Source: Eledone cirrhosa
Taxonomy: Eukaryota
Direction: 5' to 3'
Length of the DNA: 64,000 bases
NCBI GenBank assembly: GCA_964016885.1
Contig: OZ024742.1
Coordinates: forward strand, 44,640,001 to 44,704,000
Below the pieces are notes generated by a model that made no database searches, was not told the origin of the DNA, and worked only from the letters and a program-made list of their open reading frames with translations. Positions 25,538 to 38,289 of the stretch are shown piece by piece. Each line of letters starts with the position of its first letter. Position 1 is the stretch's first letter. A program made the position numbers and the translations under genes.

Positions 25538-27213
25538 CATCATCATCGTTTAACGTCCATCTTCCTCGCTTGCATGGGTTTGGACGGGAATTTTCCCACT
25601 TGAGGCAAGATTGGTTGTCTTGCTCGTATAGGACTGTCTGGCGGGTTATTTTATGGCTGGATGCCCTTCCTAACACAAACCACGTTTACAGTGTGGACTG
25701 GGAGGTTTTTACCGTGTTACCTACACGGCCACATTACAGCGTGGACTGTGTGTTTTTTTGTCATGACACCTACACAACCTCATTTGTTTCGGACTGGATA
25801 CTGTGGAACCAACATAGCTTTACATTGAAAGGGGTGGTGTGGATGGGGTGGAGGTAGTGGGGCCGGGGTGTATTTTTGCTAGAGGTGCCTACTGACTGTA
25901 GGTTTCGCTTTGTACTTAGGCAAGGCGGGTCTTCTGTATTACTGTGTATCGCCAAAGATCTCAGTCCAGTGACATTGTCTTGGAGAGGTGTAAGTGGGTG
26001 AGGTCGGAATTTATCAAGTCGTCCCAGGTTGTTCTGGGTCTGCCTACTCCGTGGCTACCGTCTATTTTTATCACCCTGCACTTTTTTATACAGCTGTAGT
26101 CTTCCATGTGCATCACGTGACCGTACCAATGTAGTCTTCTCTCGAGTAAACAGCATCTGATCCCTCTTATTTCTAATTTCTCCCTTAGTTCATTTATGCT
26201 TTGCTGTTCACGTATATTACTATTACACATCAAGCGGAGCATGCATGCTTCGTTTCTCTCCAGTCTGCGTATATCCTCTGCACACAATGCCCAGGTCTCA
26301 CTGCCATGCAACATTGCTGTTCGTATGCAGGCATCATACAGCCTGCCTTTCATTTTTAGAGAGAACCCTTTAGCGGCCAATAGTGGTATAAGCTCTCTGA
26401 ACTTTTTCCATCCCGTTCTGACTCTAGCTACAGTACTTTCGGAGCACCCTCCACCACTGCTGATTTTGTCACCCAGGTAACGGAAGGTGTCCACTATTTC
26501 TATAGAACCATCTGTGCAATGGAATGAGCTAGTATTCTGTGGGCACTTGCTGCTACTTATTACACCAGAGCACCGGCCACATATAAAATTTATAGTTAGC
26601 TTACCTGTGATCCCACTACATCTTTTATGCACCCATACTTTGCATTTGGGACATAAAATGGAGTTTCTGCCTACTCCTTTCCTACACACTGAGCATGGCA
26701 ATTTCCCAGATGGGACTGGTGCCCTATTTTCCTTCCTACAAACTAGAACTTTAGTCTTAGACAGGTTAATTTTAAGGCCTTTTGATTCTAGGCCATGCTT
26801 CCATATTTGGAATTTCTTCTCTAGTTCGGCCATTGATTGAGCTATGAGCGTTAGATCATCTGCATATAGGAGTTCCCATGGGCAGCCGGTCTTGAACTCC
26901 TCTGTTATAGCCTGAAGGGCAATAATAAATAGGAGGGGGCTAAGGACGGACCCCTGATGAACACCAACCTTTACGCTAAACTCTTCACTATATTCGTTGT
27001 TAATTCGAACCTTGCTGACTGTTTCTTTATATATGGTTTGTATAGCTCTCACAAGCCATTCATCAACACCTAGTTTTCTAAGAGCCCACCAGATAGTGGA
27101 GCGGGGGATTCTGTCAAAGGCGTTCTCCAAGTCAACAAAAGCTAAGTATAGGGGTTTACTTTTAGCTAGGTATTTCTCCTGTAGTTGTCGTACAATGAAA
27201 AGATCGTCTCTGG
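25538..27213 (-). mobile_element. RTE LINE subfamily a, 5'-truncated (ORF 25961-27130)
   Basis: AFVDLENAFD, GVHQGSVLSPLLF, YADD, PHD-like finger, premature stop near the C-terminus; (GAT)n tail. Confidence 0.95.
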
Positions 27214-27338
27214 TGTATATATATATATATATATATGTGAAGTAATTCCATCAGAAAAGTCCAGGAAAAAAGAGTGCTCTATGTAGGCAACAGAGCTTAA
27301 TTATTATTATTATGTAATATACAACATAAGGCAATTAT

Positions 27339-27396
27339 TCCATTTACCAGTGGTTTCTTAAAAGCAAAAGGTTTTGCTTTCAATCCTCAGAATGAA
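27339..27396 (-). ncRNA. Type I hammerhead ribozyme
   Basis: Minus strand: TTCATT-CTGAGGA-TTGAAAGCAAAA cc TTTTGCTTTTAA-GAAAC-CACTG-GTA-AATGGA. Confidence 0.9.
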
Positions 27397-27662
27397 AAAA
27401 TCCTGGTTTGTTTATTGAATTTGGATTTTAAAAAACAAAAATGCAATCTATATGAAAGTGAGGCTGGAGAAGGGAGAAGGAAAGAAAAAATAAAATAAAA
27501 CTACACATGCAAACACACACACAAAAGCACAAAAGCATACTTACACACACATACATATATACATATATATATGTACGCATACATATATACATATACACAT
27601 ATATATAAAACGTACACTTACATACACATACACATATATACACATATACACATACATACATT

Positions 27663-27717
<55 letters not shown>

Positions 27718-27723
27718 ACACAC

Positions 27724-27759
<36 letters not shown>

Positions 27760-27885
27760 GTAGGAGGTGAGTTTTATTGTAGTACAATAAAGCAATGCAG
27801 ATATCGGATAAGAAGCACTCTACAGTTTGTAGGACTGGAGTATACATAATATAAGATCAAAAGATGGTTAAAGGAGTTCCATGTA

Positions 27886-27952
27886 TTTTATTATGCGCAT
27901 TTCAAAAACAAACATCATCATGCAATAATATTTGTGTTTTCATCAGATAAAA
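27886..27952 (-). ncRNA. Type I hammerhead ribozyme (inverted PLE-B pLTR)
   Basis: Reverse complement of 30127-30193. Confidence 0.9.
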
Positions 27953-28000
27953 CAGGAGAACATGATATGAAGGCTAAAAAACACTTGTGGATAGTGCAGT

Positions 28001-29318
28001 CTTTACTATCCTAAATTGCAATATAGTTAACCTTAATATTATTAAGAACAATATACGTAATCTCTTTAACCAACATAACCTAAAAATTGAATTTGATAAT
28101 AGTATCAAACTAGCTAATTTCTTGGATGTATCTCTTAATCTTGACACTGGCCTATATTACCCTTACCATAAAAACAATGAGAACCTAAATTATGTTAACT
28201 TTAAATCTAACCATCCTACCAATATCAAGAATGCTATAGTTAGTAATATTGGAAAAAGAATATCTAACATATCTTCTAATAAAAATATCTTTGATGCTAA
28301 CGCCAATTACTATAATAACGCACTTTCTAAAGCTGGCTATCCAGATAAAATCAAATATAGTAAAGAAACAAATTCTAGAAAAACTTACAGTAGAATAATT
28401 AATCATGACCATTCCAATAATTTTAATAAAAGACCTAGATACAAAAACATAATCTGGTATAATGCTCCTTTCTCCATCTCTATTAATAACAATATTCCCA
28501 AATTATTTTTTAGTGTCTTAAATAAATGCTTCCCTCCCTCACATATCTATAGTAAAATATTTAACAAACACACCATCAAATTTTCGTATTCTACATCCTC
28601 CAATATTTCCAACATCATCTCTAAACACAACAATAAAATACTAAATACTAAATCTCTTCCTTCTAATATTGAATTTCATAATAACAGTAATAGTACTCCC
28701 GACGTCATTGTAAACCCTAGGCTAACTTCTGTAAACCCAAATACAACGTCAAACACAACTTCGCTAAATGTTCATAATCCAACTCTAAATCAAGAAACTA
28801 TTATTCCTATTATTCCTATCGCAAACAACTTCTCCAATCCAATTCCTTCTATAGATAACACTAGGTCACTCATTAATAATCTCTCTAATTGCAACTGCCG
28901 CATTAAAAATGAATGTCCTCTCAACAACCATTGTCTCGATAAAAACTTAATTTACGAATGTAAAATTATAACTAGCACCAATTCCTTCACCTATTTTGGC
29001 TCCACTTCCACCTCTTTTAAAGCTCGTCTCTATAATCATCATTCATCTTTCAAATACAAACTTAAAAGAACCAACACTGCTCTCTCAGAACTCATATGGT
29101 CCTTAAAAGACAAAAACATTAAATATACCATCTTTTGGAAGAAGGTTTCTTCTGCATCCTCATACTTGAACAGCTCTCTATCTAAAATCTGTAATCTCTG
29201 CCTAAATGAAAAATTTACCATTATCTCTAACCTAGATTCTATAATAAATAGACGTACAGATTTGTTTTCTATCTGCCTGCATAAATTCCATAGGACTTTT
29301 CACAAAGTATACAGTTAA
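28001..29318 (+). pseudogene. PLE-B RT C-terminal part plus GIY-YIG endonuclease (5'-truncated, open frame)
   Basis: NFLDVSLNL, YHK..YVNFKSNHP, IIWYNAPFS, CNCR..CPLNNHC, LIYECKI..YFGSTSTSFKARLYNH, CNLCLNEK, INRRTDLFSICLH. Confidence 0.92.
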
Positions 29319-30126
29319 TATTCAATTCTTTATCAATTTAGAATCTTTTCTCAAAGGCACATATACATACACCTCTTTAAAATATACCCATCTTCCTACC
29401 TTACTTTAAAGGGCATTATACACTCTATAATACTTGTTTACTCATTACCCTCATTCTATCTTCACCTTGTAAAATCCTTCATAACATATACATTTGTTTT
29501 TTTGACGTTAGAATATTCATCCGCAATCATTATTATTTTTTCTCTCTATCATAAATCTTTTTAATCTCAATTTCATCCTTAATTTATTATTTTTTTCTTC
29601 CCATCAACGAACTCATTCTTAATACATATTAACTCTTTATTCGCATATATTATCAATTCCTTCAATATACAAACTTTAACTTCACATTATTTTTCTCAAA
29701 TCCTTCTACACACAAACCTTAATAATTTTTCTCTTCGTTAATTTTGAAATTGCCACAATACTTATCAACATACATTTTTTTTACGTTAGAATATTCATCC
29801 ACAATTATTATTTTTTCTCTCTATCTTCATACATAAATTCCCTTCGTTAATTTTCAAATTCCTTTAATTTATACATTATCTTCCAACGGTTTTCAACCTC
29901 TCTATGTAAAACAATATATCTCCTCTCAGTTATAAAAACTATCTCTTTCTCTCTATCACCCATCTCTCCCTCTCATCTCCTCCCCTTTTTCATCCTTCCC
30001 CCCCCCCTCTCTCTAAATAAAATATTTTTCCCAATATCACACATCAATCTAAAACCACTTTTCATATGTTGATTTAAAACTGCACTATCCACAAGTGTTT
30101 TTTAGCCTTCATATCATGTTCTCCTG

Positions 30127-30193
30127 TTTTATCTGATGAAAACACAAATATTATTGCATGATGATGTTTGTTTTTGAAATGCGCATAATAAAA
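30127..30193 (+). ncRNA. Type I hammerhead ribozyme (PLE-B pLTR)
   Basis: TTTTAT-CTGATGA-AAACACAAATATTATT gcat GATGATGTTTGTTTTT-GAAAT-GCGC-ATA-ATAAAA; palindrome ATGCGCAT. Confidence 0.92.
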
Positions 30194-30229
30194 TACATGG
30201 AACTCCTTTAACCATCTTTTGATCTTATG

Positions 30230-30265
<36 letters not shown>

Positions 30266-30662
30266 ACATACATACACATACATATGTGTGTGTACAAGCA
30301 TACACATACACAAACATAGCCATACACACACACACATGCATACATACATTCACACAAACATACATAACGTACATACATACACATACATAAATGCACTCCT
30401 CTACATATTCACACACGCAAATAAATATAAGAAAAAAATATATATATATTAAAAAATGTTGACACCGTTACATGAGGCAGCTAAGTGGACAGACACGCGT
30501 GGTAAGTAATACACACAAATGCACGTATACATACGTACGAAATAGTAAACACATACACACACTCTCACACATAAATATACATATACAAATAGATAAACAC
30601 ATACATACACACACAAACACGCACACGTATACAATATATACACACACACATGTATATGTAAT

Positions 30663-30726
<64 letters not shown>

Positions 30727-31028
30727 CAAAAATATAAACGCACACACACACACTCATATACGTATACATACACACATATATACATACATAGCTAAACAAT
30801 TATACACATGCAAATACGTATATATCATAAACACGCACAACCAAATACAAACACACACACACACACACACACACACAATATATATATATATATATGGAAA
30901 GTTATATTTAAAATTGTTGGGTTACAACTAGTAAATATTTATAACTGGTATAAAAGCACTCGACAAATATTTGGAGTATATTTACAATATTAAATAAATG
31001 GAAAACTATATTTATAAAACCATATTTA

Positions 31029-31090
31029 TTTCATTATATATATTTCGGGGATATCATATTAACAATATGCTATGCCTTCATCAGACAAAA
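31029..31090 (-). ncRNA. Type I hammerhead ribozyme (PLE-C pLTR)
   Basis: Minus strand: TTTTGT-CTGATGA-aGGcATAgCATATT gtt AATATGaTATcCCc-GAAAT-ATAT-ATA-ATGAAA (stem I with two G-U pairs). Confidence 0.85.
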
Positions 31091-32581
31091 TACAATATAA
31101 ACAGTTTTATAGACAAATAGGTTTCACCGTTATAACACCGACTTCATTTGAAGAGGTTTACTCTGGCTGTGAAAAAATTTTACACAGAGAGAAAGAAAAA
31201 GAGAGAAAACAGAAAGAAAGACAGAAAAGGAAGAAAAGGAAGAAAAAGAAAAAGAAGAGAAAGAGGAAATGCATGGAACAAAATAGAGAGATGGAAAGAT
31301 AGATAAAGCGAAGAATTTCATGTAAAGAAACAGAAAGATATATATATATAGAGAGAGAGAGGAAATAGAGATAGATACATATATATATATAGAAAATTAG
31401 GTAGTGGGAGGTCATTTTGAGTAAATGTATCAATGATACGTTTATTTATTTATTTATTTATTTAGCTCAAGTATTAATGTAAGGGAGATATATATAGAGA
31501 GAGAAAAAAAATATAGAGAGAGGAGAGGAAAAAAATATAGAGAGAGGAAAAAAATAGCGAGAGAAAAAAATTTAAAAATAGCCAGATATATTCGAGGCGT
31601 AAAAACCCTATGTTTTAATGTATTAATATTTATAAAACTTACACTATATTGTAAATATCAGTATTCCTGAATGAGACAAGTATCTATAATGTGTGAAAAT
31701 TAATTATCTTATGTTTAGTTTTAAAAAAAATTCATAGTGACAGCTACAAACATCCATGCGAATCTAACTGATTCACTCTGCAAACTCTAAATTCACGGAA
31801 AACGTTCACAATGTGGTATAAAAATTTGAGCATACAAATATGTGTATTATTATTCATATCATTACTCTACCAGATTATCTATCAAGCAGAAGTAGAGAGC
31901 AGATTTCAATATACTAATAAAAATATATATCATAAACAAAACTAAAAATAAAAAGATAACAATAATAATAATAAGTAAAAATATAGAATAGAACACTAAA
32001 AAAATTAAAAAATAAAAATATTACGAAAGAATATTACATAATAAAAATATTATATATTAAGCATACTACGTATTAAAAAATATTACGTATTAAAAATTTA
32101 CATATTAAAGATATTAAAAATACAATAAAAATAAAAAATAAAAAAATAAAAAAATAAAAAATATTATAGAAAATATAGAATACTACAATAATAAAAATAA
32201 AAATAAAAATAAAAATAAAAATACACCACAAAGATCAACCCTTCAAAGTTAATTGACAATATATTGCCAAGTTCTTTACAAGACAAAGCCAAAAATTATC
32301 CATCAAATCACATCTAGCAAAGATCATTTCAAAAAGATTATGATGTCCAATTAGGTCTATATATGTTCTTATATTTAATATAGAAGTTTATCTAGTGTAA
32401 GGTTTATTCAAAAATTTGGAGCATCAGCTTTTAGGGTAGCTTAATTTTTCATGAGGAATGTTTAGATAAAAATAAAATAAAAATAAACAATAAAAAGAGA
32501 GTAAAAAGAAGGAATCAAAGATTTAGGAATCAAAAATTTATCGGCTAGTTTCCCATATAAATATAAATCAAACTAAATATA

Positions 32582-34051
32582 CTACATTTTAAATTTAAAT
32601 TTATATTTAAACGTTGAGTTTAATCTATGTTTGCAACAACTGAATAAATTTGTCCGTAGGTTAAGGGAATTTTTAGATTTTAGTATAAAGAATATCTCCT
32701 CTGCGCAGAGGTCACATGTCTCAGAGGATGAATTAAAAGGAATCCCTCTTGAGACTATATTCCAAGCCGTCGAATATCTAACGTTATCTAGCTTAAGTTG
32801 CCAGAGTACGCCTGATAGTGCCGTTGAAGATTTTTTATTTGGATCTGTGAAAGAATTCTTGTGGTTATTATAGCGAAGTTTAAATTCCGTCGATGTGGAA
32901 CCGACGTAGTTAAAAGAATTATAGTCAGTATTAACATTACAATTGTATACTATATTTTTAACTAAGCAGTTGTTATTTAACGGACATTTAGATCTATCTC
33001 TACAGTTACATTTGTTAACTTGTATATTATTTATGCTATTATCAGTAGGTTTTAAGTTCCTATTATTTATTCTATTAATATTTTGTGCTAAATTTTTGGT
33101 GGATGAGTAGGTTAATTTAATTGTATGCCTATTGAAAATTGAGTGATACCTATGTGTTCTAGGGAAGCGATTATCAAGAGCTTTGAAAAATAATTTAGCG
33201 ATGTGGGTTTTAATGTTTAGTGAGAAAGGGGGGGGGGGGGGGGCAAACCAAATTATGTTCCTAGTTCTATTTCTTTTTTGTCCTTTGGAATTATTGTAAT
33301 GCTTTCTATTATAGTTGTTAATGTTGTTGCCGTAATTAAAAAAGTTGTTACTTTGTTTAGTTTGTCTATCATTATCTATGTACACAATCTTATCAGCATA
33401 TCCTGCCCTAGCTAGTGCTTCATTATAGTATTGGGCCTTTTCGTCGAAAATCAATCTATTCGACGAGATCCTAGAGATACGTTTTTGAACTGAGTTTACT
33501 ATAGTGTTTTTGACAGATATGGGGTGGTTAGAGTTAAAGTTGACATAGTTTAAGTTTTCATTCAACTTGTGAAAAGGATAGTGGAGACATGTGTTGAGAT
33601 TTAATGTTATATCTAGGAAATTGACTATTCTATGGTTGTTCTCAATTTCTATTTTAAGGTTAAAGTAATTAAAAAATTTTGTAATTTGTTTACATTTTCT
33701 ATTTAGTTCAGGGTTATTATTATTAATAAGTAAAAGCATGTCATCCCTATATAAACCTCCGGTAGTACCAGGTATTTTCCTATGTAGCGAATTGATTAAA
33801 AATAAGCCCACAAGGTCAGTTACCTGAGCTGAGTCGGAAGATCCCATAGTTATGTCAAAATTGCTATCTCTATCTGCTCTGGTCCATAATTTGTCATTAA
33901 ATTCTATCAAAGTTTTCCTAGCCGATAATATAATATGCATTTCTTTGCTAGTTAGGTCGGTATGTTTGAATGCGTAATTTAGTGCCTTATTTAGTAGACT
34001 AGGGGTAATAGAAGAATAATAGTTAGCTATATCAAGTTGAATAAACCTATT
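32582..34051 (-). pseudogene. PLE-C RT plus GIY-YIG (open frame, 5'-truncated)
   Basis: RFIQLDIANYYSSITP upstream of the track start, TMGSSDSAQVTDLVG, GGLYRDD, FLD, NHP, CNCR..CPL..C, IVY..YVGST..FKLRY, CDLC..E, LNLRTNLFSCCKH. Confidence 0.93.
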
Positions 34052-34309
34052 ATTTTTTGATTTCTAAATCTTTGATTCCTTCTTTTTACTCTCTTTTTAT
34101 TGTTTATTTTAATTTTATTTTTGTCTAAACATTCCTCATGAAAAATTAAGCTACCCTAAAAGCTGATGCTCCAAATTTTTGAATAAACCTTACACTAGAT
34201 AAACTTCTATATTAAATATAAGAACATATATAGACCTAATTGGACATCATAATCTTTTTGAATCATAACATATACATATATAGACCTAATTGGACATCAT
34301 AATCTTGCA

Positions 34310-34736
34310 AAATCCTCTACTTTTCTGTGGTACACAAAGAACAATTCTTTGTGCCCCTTTGGTACTCCCTCGAATGGTCTAATATAGACCAATCAATAGA
34401 GTACGGGATGTTACTATCCTTGAGATCCCACACCTTACTTGCGAGGGCCGTTGATGTTCGTTTATCGGAGTGCTTAAAAGAAGCGACAAAGAATTGTTCT
34501 TTGTGTACCACAGAAAAGTATAGGATTTTGCTAAACTTGAGAGCCACTTCCGCTTGCCTTAACTCAAAGACTGAGATCTTCAGATGCTGTCCTCATCTGA
34601 AATCGCATCTGATCTGTAACTGGATTGACACTCCTATGATAAATCAACCGCCTTGAACTGCTTTCATGCTCTTTACTTCTGCTACGGTTTTTATTTTGCT
34701 GATTCTACGTTCTGTACTCTTGTATATTTACTTATA
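34310..34736 (+). mobile_element. Short Naiad GIY-YIG fragment (PLE-D) with internal inversion
   Basis: 34317-34480(-) encodes FKHSDKRTSTALASKVWDLK..YSIDWSIL..TKNCSLCTTEK; 34485-34656(+) encodes TKNCSLCTTEKYRIL..LNSKTEIFRCCPH. Confidence 0.85.
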
Positions 34737-34737
34737 T

Positions 34738-36202
34738 TCATTCATCTTTCAAATACAAACTTAAAAGAACTAACACTGCTCTCTCAGAACTCATATGGTC
34801 CTTAAAAGACAAAAACATTAAATATACCATCTTTTGGAAGAAGATTTCTTCTGCATCCTCATACTTGAACAGCTCTCTATCTAAAATCTGTAATCTCTGC
34901 CTAAATGAAAAATTTACCATTATCTCTAACCTAGATTCTATAATAAATAGACGCACAGATTTGTTTTCTATCTGCCTGCATAAATTCCATAGAACTTTTC
35001 ACAAAGTATACAGTTAATATTCAATTCTTTATCAATTTAGAATCTTTTCTCAAAGGCACATATACATACACCTCTTTAAAATATACCCATCTACCTTACT
35101 TTAAAGGGCATTATACACTCTATAATACTTGTTTACTCATTACCCTCATTCTATCTTCACCTTGTAAAATCATAACATATACAATATTCATCCGCAATCA
35201 TTATTATTTTTTCTCTCTATCATAAATCTTTTTAATCTCAATTTCATCCTTAATTTATTATTTTTTTCTCCCCATCAACGAACTCATTATTAATACATAT
35301 TAACTCTTTATTCGCATATATTATCAATTCAACCAATATACAAACTTTAACTTCACATTATTTTTCTCAAATCCTTCTACACACAAACCTTAATAATTTT
35401 TCTCTTCGTTAATTTTGAAATTGCCACAATATATACATTTCTTTTTTTGACGTTAGAATATTCATCCACAATTATTATTTTTTTCTCTCTATCTTCATAC
35501 ATAATTTCCCTTCGTTAATTTTCAAATTCCTTTAATTTATACATTATCTTCCAACGGTTCCCAACCTCTCTATGTTAAAACAATATATCTTTTTCTCAGT
35601 TATAAAAACTATCTCTTTCTCTCTATCACCCATCTCTCCCTCTCCACCTTCACTCTCATCTCCTCCCCCTTTTTTTCATCCCCCCCTCCCTAAATAAAAT
35701 ATTTTTTCCTCGCACATATCCTCCCTTCGTTAATTTTCAAAATTTTTAATTTATACAGTATCTTCCAACGGTTTTCAACCTCTCTATGTAAAAAATATAT
35801 CTCCTCTCAGTTATAAAAACTATCTCTTTCTCTCTATCACCCATCTCTCCCTCTCATCTCCTTCCCTTTTCATCCTCCCCCCCCCCCTCTCTAAATAAAA
35901 TATTTTTTCCCAATATCACACATCAATCTAAAACCACTTTTCATATGTTGATTTAAAACTGCACTATCCACAAGTGTTTTTTAGCCTTCATATCATGTTC
36001 TCCTGTTTTTTATCTGATGAAAACACAAATATTATTGCATGATGATGTTTGTTTTTGAAATGCGCATAATAAAATACATGGAACTCCTTTAACCATCTTT
36101 TGATCTTATATTATGCATACTCCAGTCCTACAAACTGTAGAGTGCTTCTTATCCGATATCTGCATTGCTTTATTGTACTACAATAAAACTCACCTCCTAC
36201 AT
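34738..36202 (+). mobile_element. Second PLE-B copy (endonuclease end, 3' UTR, pLTR)
   Basis: Near-identical to 29039-30232, with an internal duplication (~35720-35900) and a longer pLTR. Confidence 0.93.
36008..36074 (+). ncRNA. Type I hammerhead ribozyme (PLE-B copy 2)
   Basis: Same sequence as 30127-30193. Confidence 0.92.
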
Positions 36203-36243
36203 ATATGTATGGATATATATGTGTGTATGTATGTGCGTGTGTG

Positions 36244-36278
<35 letters not shown>

Positions 36279-36833
36279 TTGTATTTGGTTGTGCGTGTTT
36301 ATGATATATACGTATTTGCATGTGTATAATTGTTTAGCTATGTATGTATATGTGTGTGTATGTATACGTATATGTGTGTGTGTGCGCGTTTATATTTTTG
36401 TATATATATATATGTGTGTGTGTATATATTATATACGTGTGCGTGTTTGTGTGTGTATGTATGTGTTTATGTATTTGTATATGTATATTTATGTGTGAGA
36501 GTGTGTGTATGTGTTTACTATTTCGTACGTATGTATACGTGCATTTGTTTGTATTACTTACCACGCGTGTCTGTCCACTTAGCTGCCTCATGTAACGGTG
36601 TCAACATTTTCTAATATATATATTTTGTTTTCTTATATTTATTTGCGTGTGTGAATATGTAGAGGAGTGCATTTATGTATGTGTATGTATGTACGTTATG
36701 TATGTTTGTGTGAATGTATGTATGCATATGTGTGTGTGTATGGCTATGTTTGTGTATGTGTATGCTTGTACACACACATATGTATGTGTATGTATGTGTA
36801 TGTGTGTATATATATATATATATTTTTTTTTAA

Positions 36834-36933
36834 TTTTATTTTATAGAAGGAGCTTCTACAGGACTAGTACTGTTTCATTCAGATCTGAATGAAACAGTAC
36901 TAGTCCTGTAGAAGCTCCTTCTATAAAATAAAA
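36834..36933. repeat. Perfect 100-bp palindrome made of a half-hammerhead
   Basis: 50-bp arms with no spacer, centred on AGA|TCT; each strand reads ATTCAGATCTGAAT-GAAAC-AGTACTA-GTC-CTGTAG. Confidence 0.95.
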
Positions 36934-37003
36934 AAATTTTACTCTGCCATGTATTGAGTACCTTACTTACTGTGGTTATCCCCGACTCAACCCGGGACCT
37001 ACG

Positions 37004-37032
<29 letters not shown>

Positions 37033-37034
<2 letters not shown>

Positions 37035-37649
37035 CTCAGGTATGTCAGGTCACCAGTTGGTGCTACTGGTAACATGTATCCCAGGACAACCTGACCCATG
37101 GTCGGGTCGTTGGCGACTAAACTGGCAACCCCACCAAGGTTTCTTGGTGAGGAGGGTGACTTTGGAGATCCTGCAGGACTAAAAACAAGACCTGTCAAAG
37201 GGCAAAGGAGCTCTTAAGAGTCAATGGCCATCCAAAATCACCGGGAGAGATGACCCTTTAGCCTTTGTCAAGGCAGAATTCTAGGAGAAGGAAAGCTCTG
37301 ATATAACACCTGCAACTCTGATGGTATCCAATGATGTTGACTTGTTCTTCTTTTTGGTAAATATCATCTTGGTTAAGAGAGTGGGACTGGCTTTGTGCAG
37401 TGCCTTTGCTCACTATAAAAGCTTCACGGCACAGGCATTGCTTTATATCTGGAGATCTCTCTGCACTTGTCGTCACAGGGTACCATGGGCCCAGCACTAT
37501 GTGTCAATATTTGTCACAAGTGTAGTGTTTGTACCAGAGTTTTCAAGTCGCTGGCTGGACTAAAAAGTCACACTCGTTCAGCGCATCGGTAGGGGTTCTC
37601 CTATATGGATATAAAGTAGTGGCCGTACTCGAAAACGAGTTGGCAGCCA

Positions 37650-37652
<3 letters not shown>
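37033..37652 (+). mobile_element. Putative internally deleted (bipartite) RTE-derived element
   Basis: 3' part encodes CSVCTRVFKSLAGLKSHTRSAHR* (37521-37592, C2H2 finger typical of RTE C-termini) followed by a terminal hairpin; the 5' part is structured and contains CTAGGAGAAGGAAAGCTCTGA, which I recall from RTE 5' UTRs (unverified). Confidence 0.6.
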
Positions 37653-37717
<65 letters not shown>

Positions 37718-38028
37718 GTGTGTGTGTATGGGTGTGTGGGTGTGTGTGTGTGTGTGTGTGTATGTATGAATGTATGTATGTGTATATGTGTATATATGTG
37801 TATGTAAGTGTACGTTTTATATATATGTGTATATGTATATATGTATGCGTACATATATATATGTATATATGTATGTGTGTGTAAGTATGCTTTTGTGTTT
37901 TTGTGTGTGTGTTTGCATGTGTAGTTTTATTTTATTTTTCCTTTCCTTCTCCCTTCTCCAGCCTCACTTTCATATAGATTGCATTTTTGTTTTTTAAAAT
38001 CCAAATTCAATAAACAAACCAGGATTTT

Positions 38029-38086
38029 TTCATTCTGAGGATTGAAAGCAAAACCTTTTGCTTTTAAGAAACCACTGGTAAATGGA
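38029..38086 (+). ncRNA. Type I hammerhead ribozyme
   Basis: Reverse complement of 27339-27396. Confidence 0.9.
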
Positions 38087-38120
38087 ATAATTGCGTTATG
38101 TTGTTTATTACATAATAATA

Positions 38121-38182
<62 letters not shown>

Positions 38183-38289
38183 TTATATACATATACATAT
38201 ATATACATATATATATATATATACATATATATACATATATATATATACATATATATACATGTATATATATACCTATATATACATATAAA

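Larger units (their letters stand above)
27757..30232 (+). mobile_element. 5'-truncated Naiad-type PLE (PLE-B) with inverted pLTR at its 5' end
   Basis: 27757-28000 is the reverse complement of the pLTR at 30078-30232 and 35957-36200; RT thumb/GIY-YIG ORF follows. Confidence 0.92.
30895..34262 (-). mobile_element. 5'-truncated Naiad-type PLE (PLE-C) with inverted 3' UTR segment at its 5' end
   Basis: ORF to 32582, long AT-rich 3' UTR, hammerhead at 31029-31090; 34058-34262 is the reverse complement of ~32328-32533. Confidence 0.92.
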
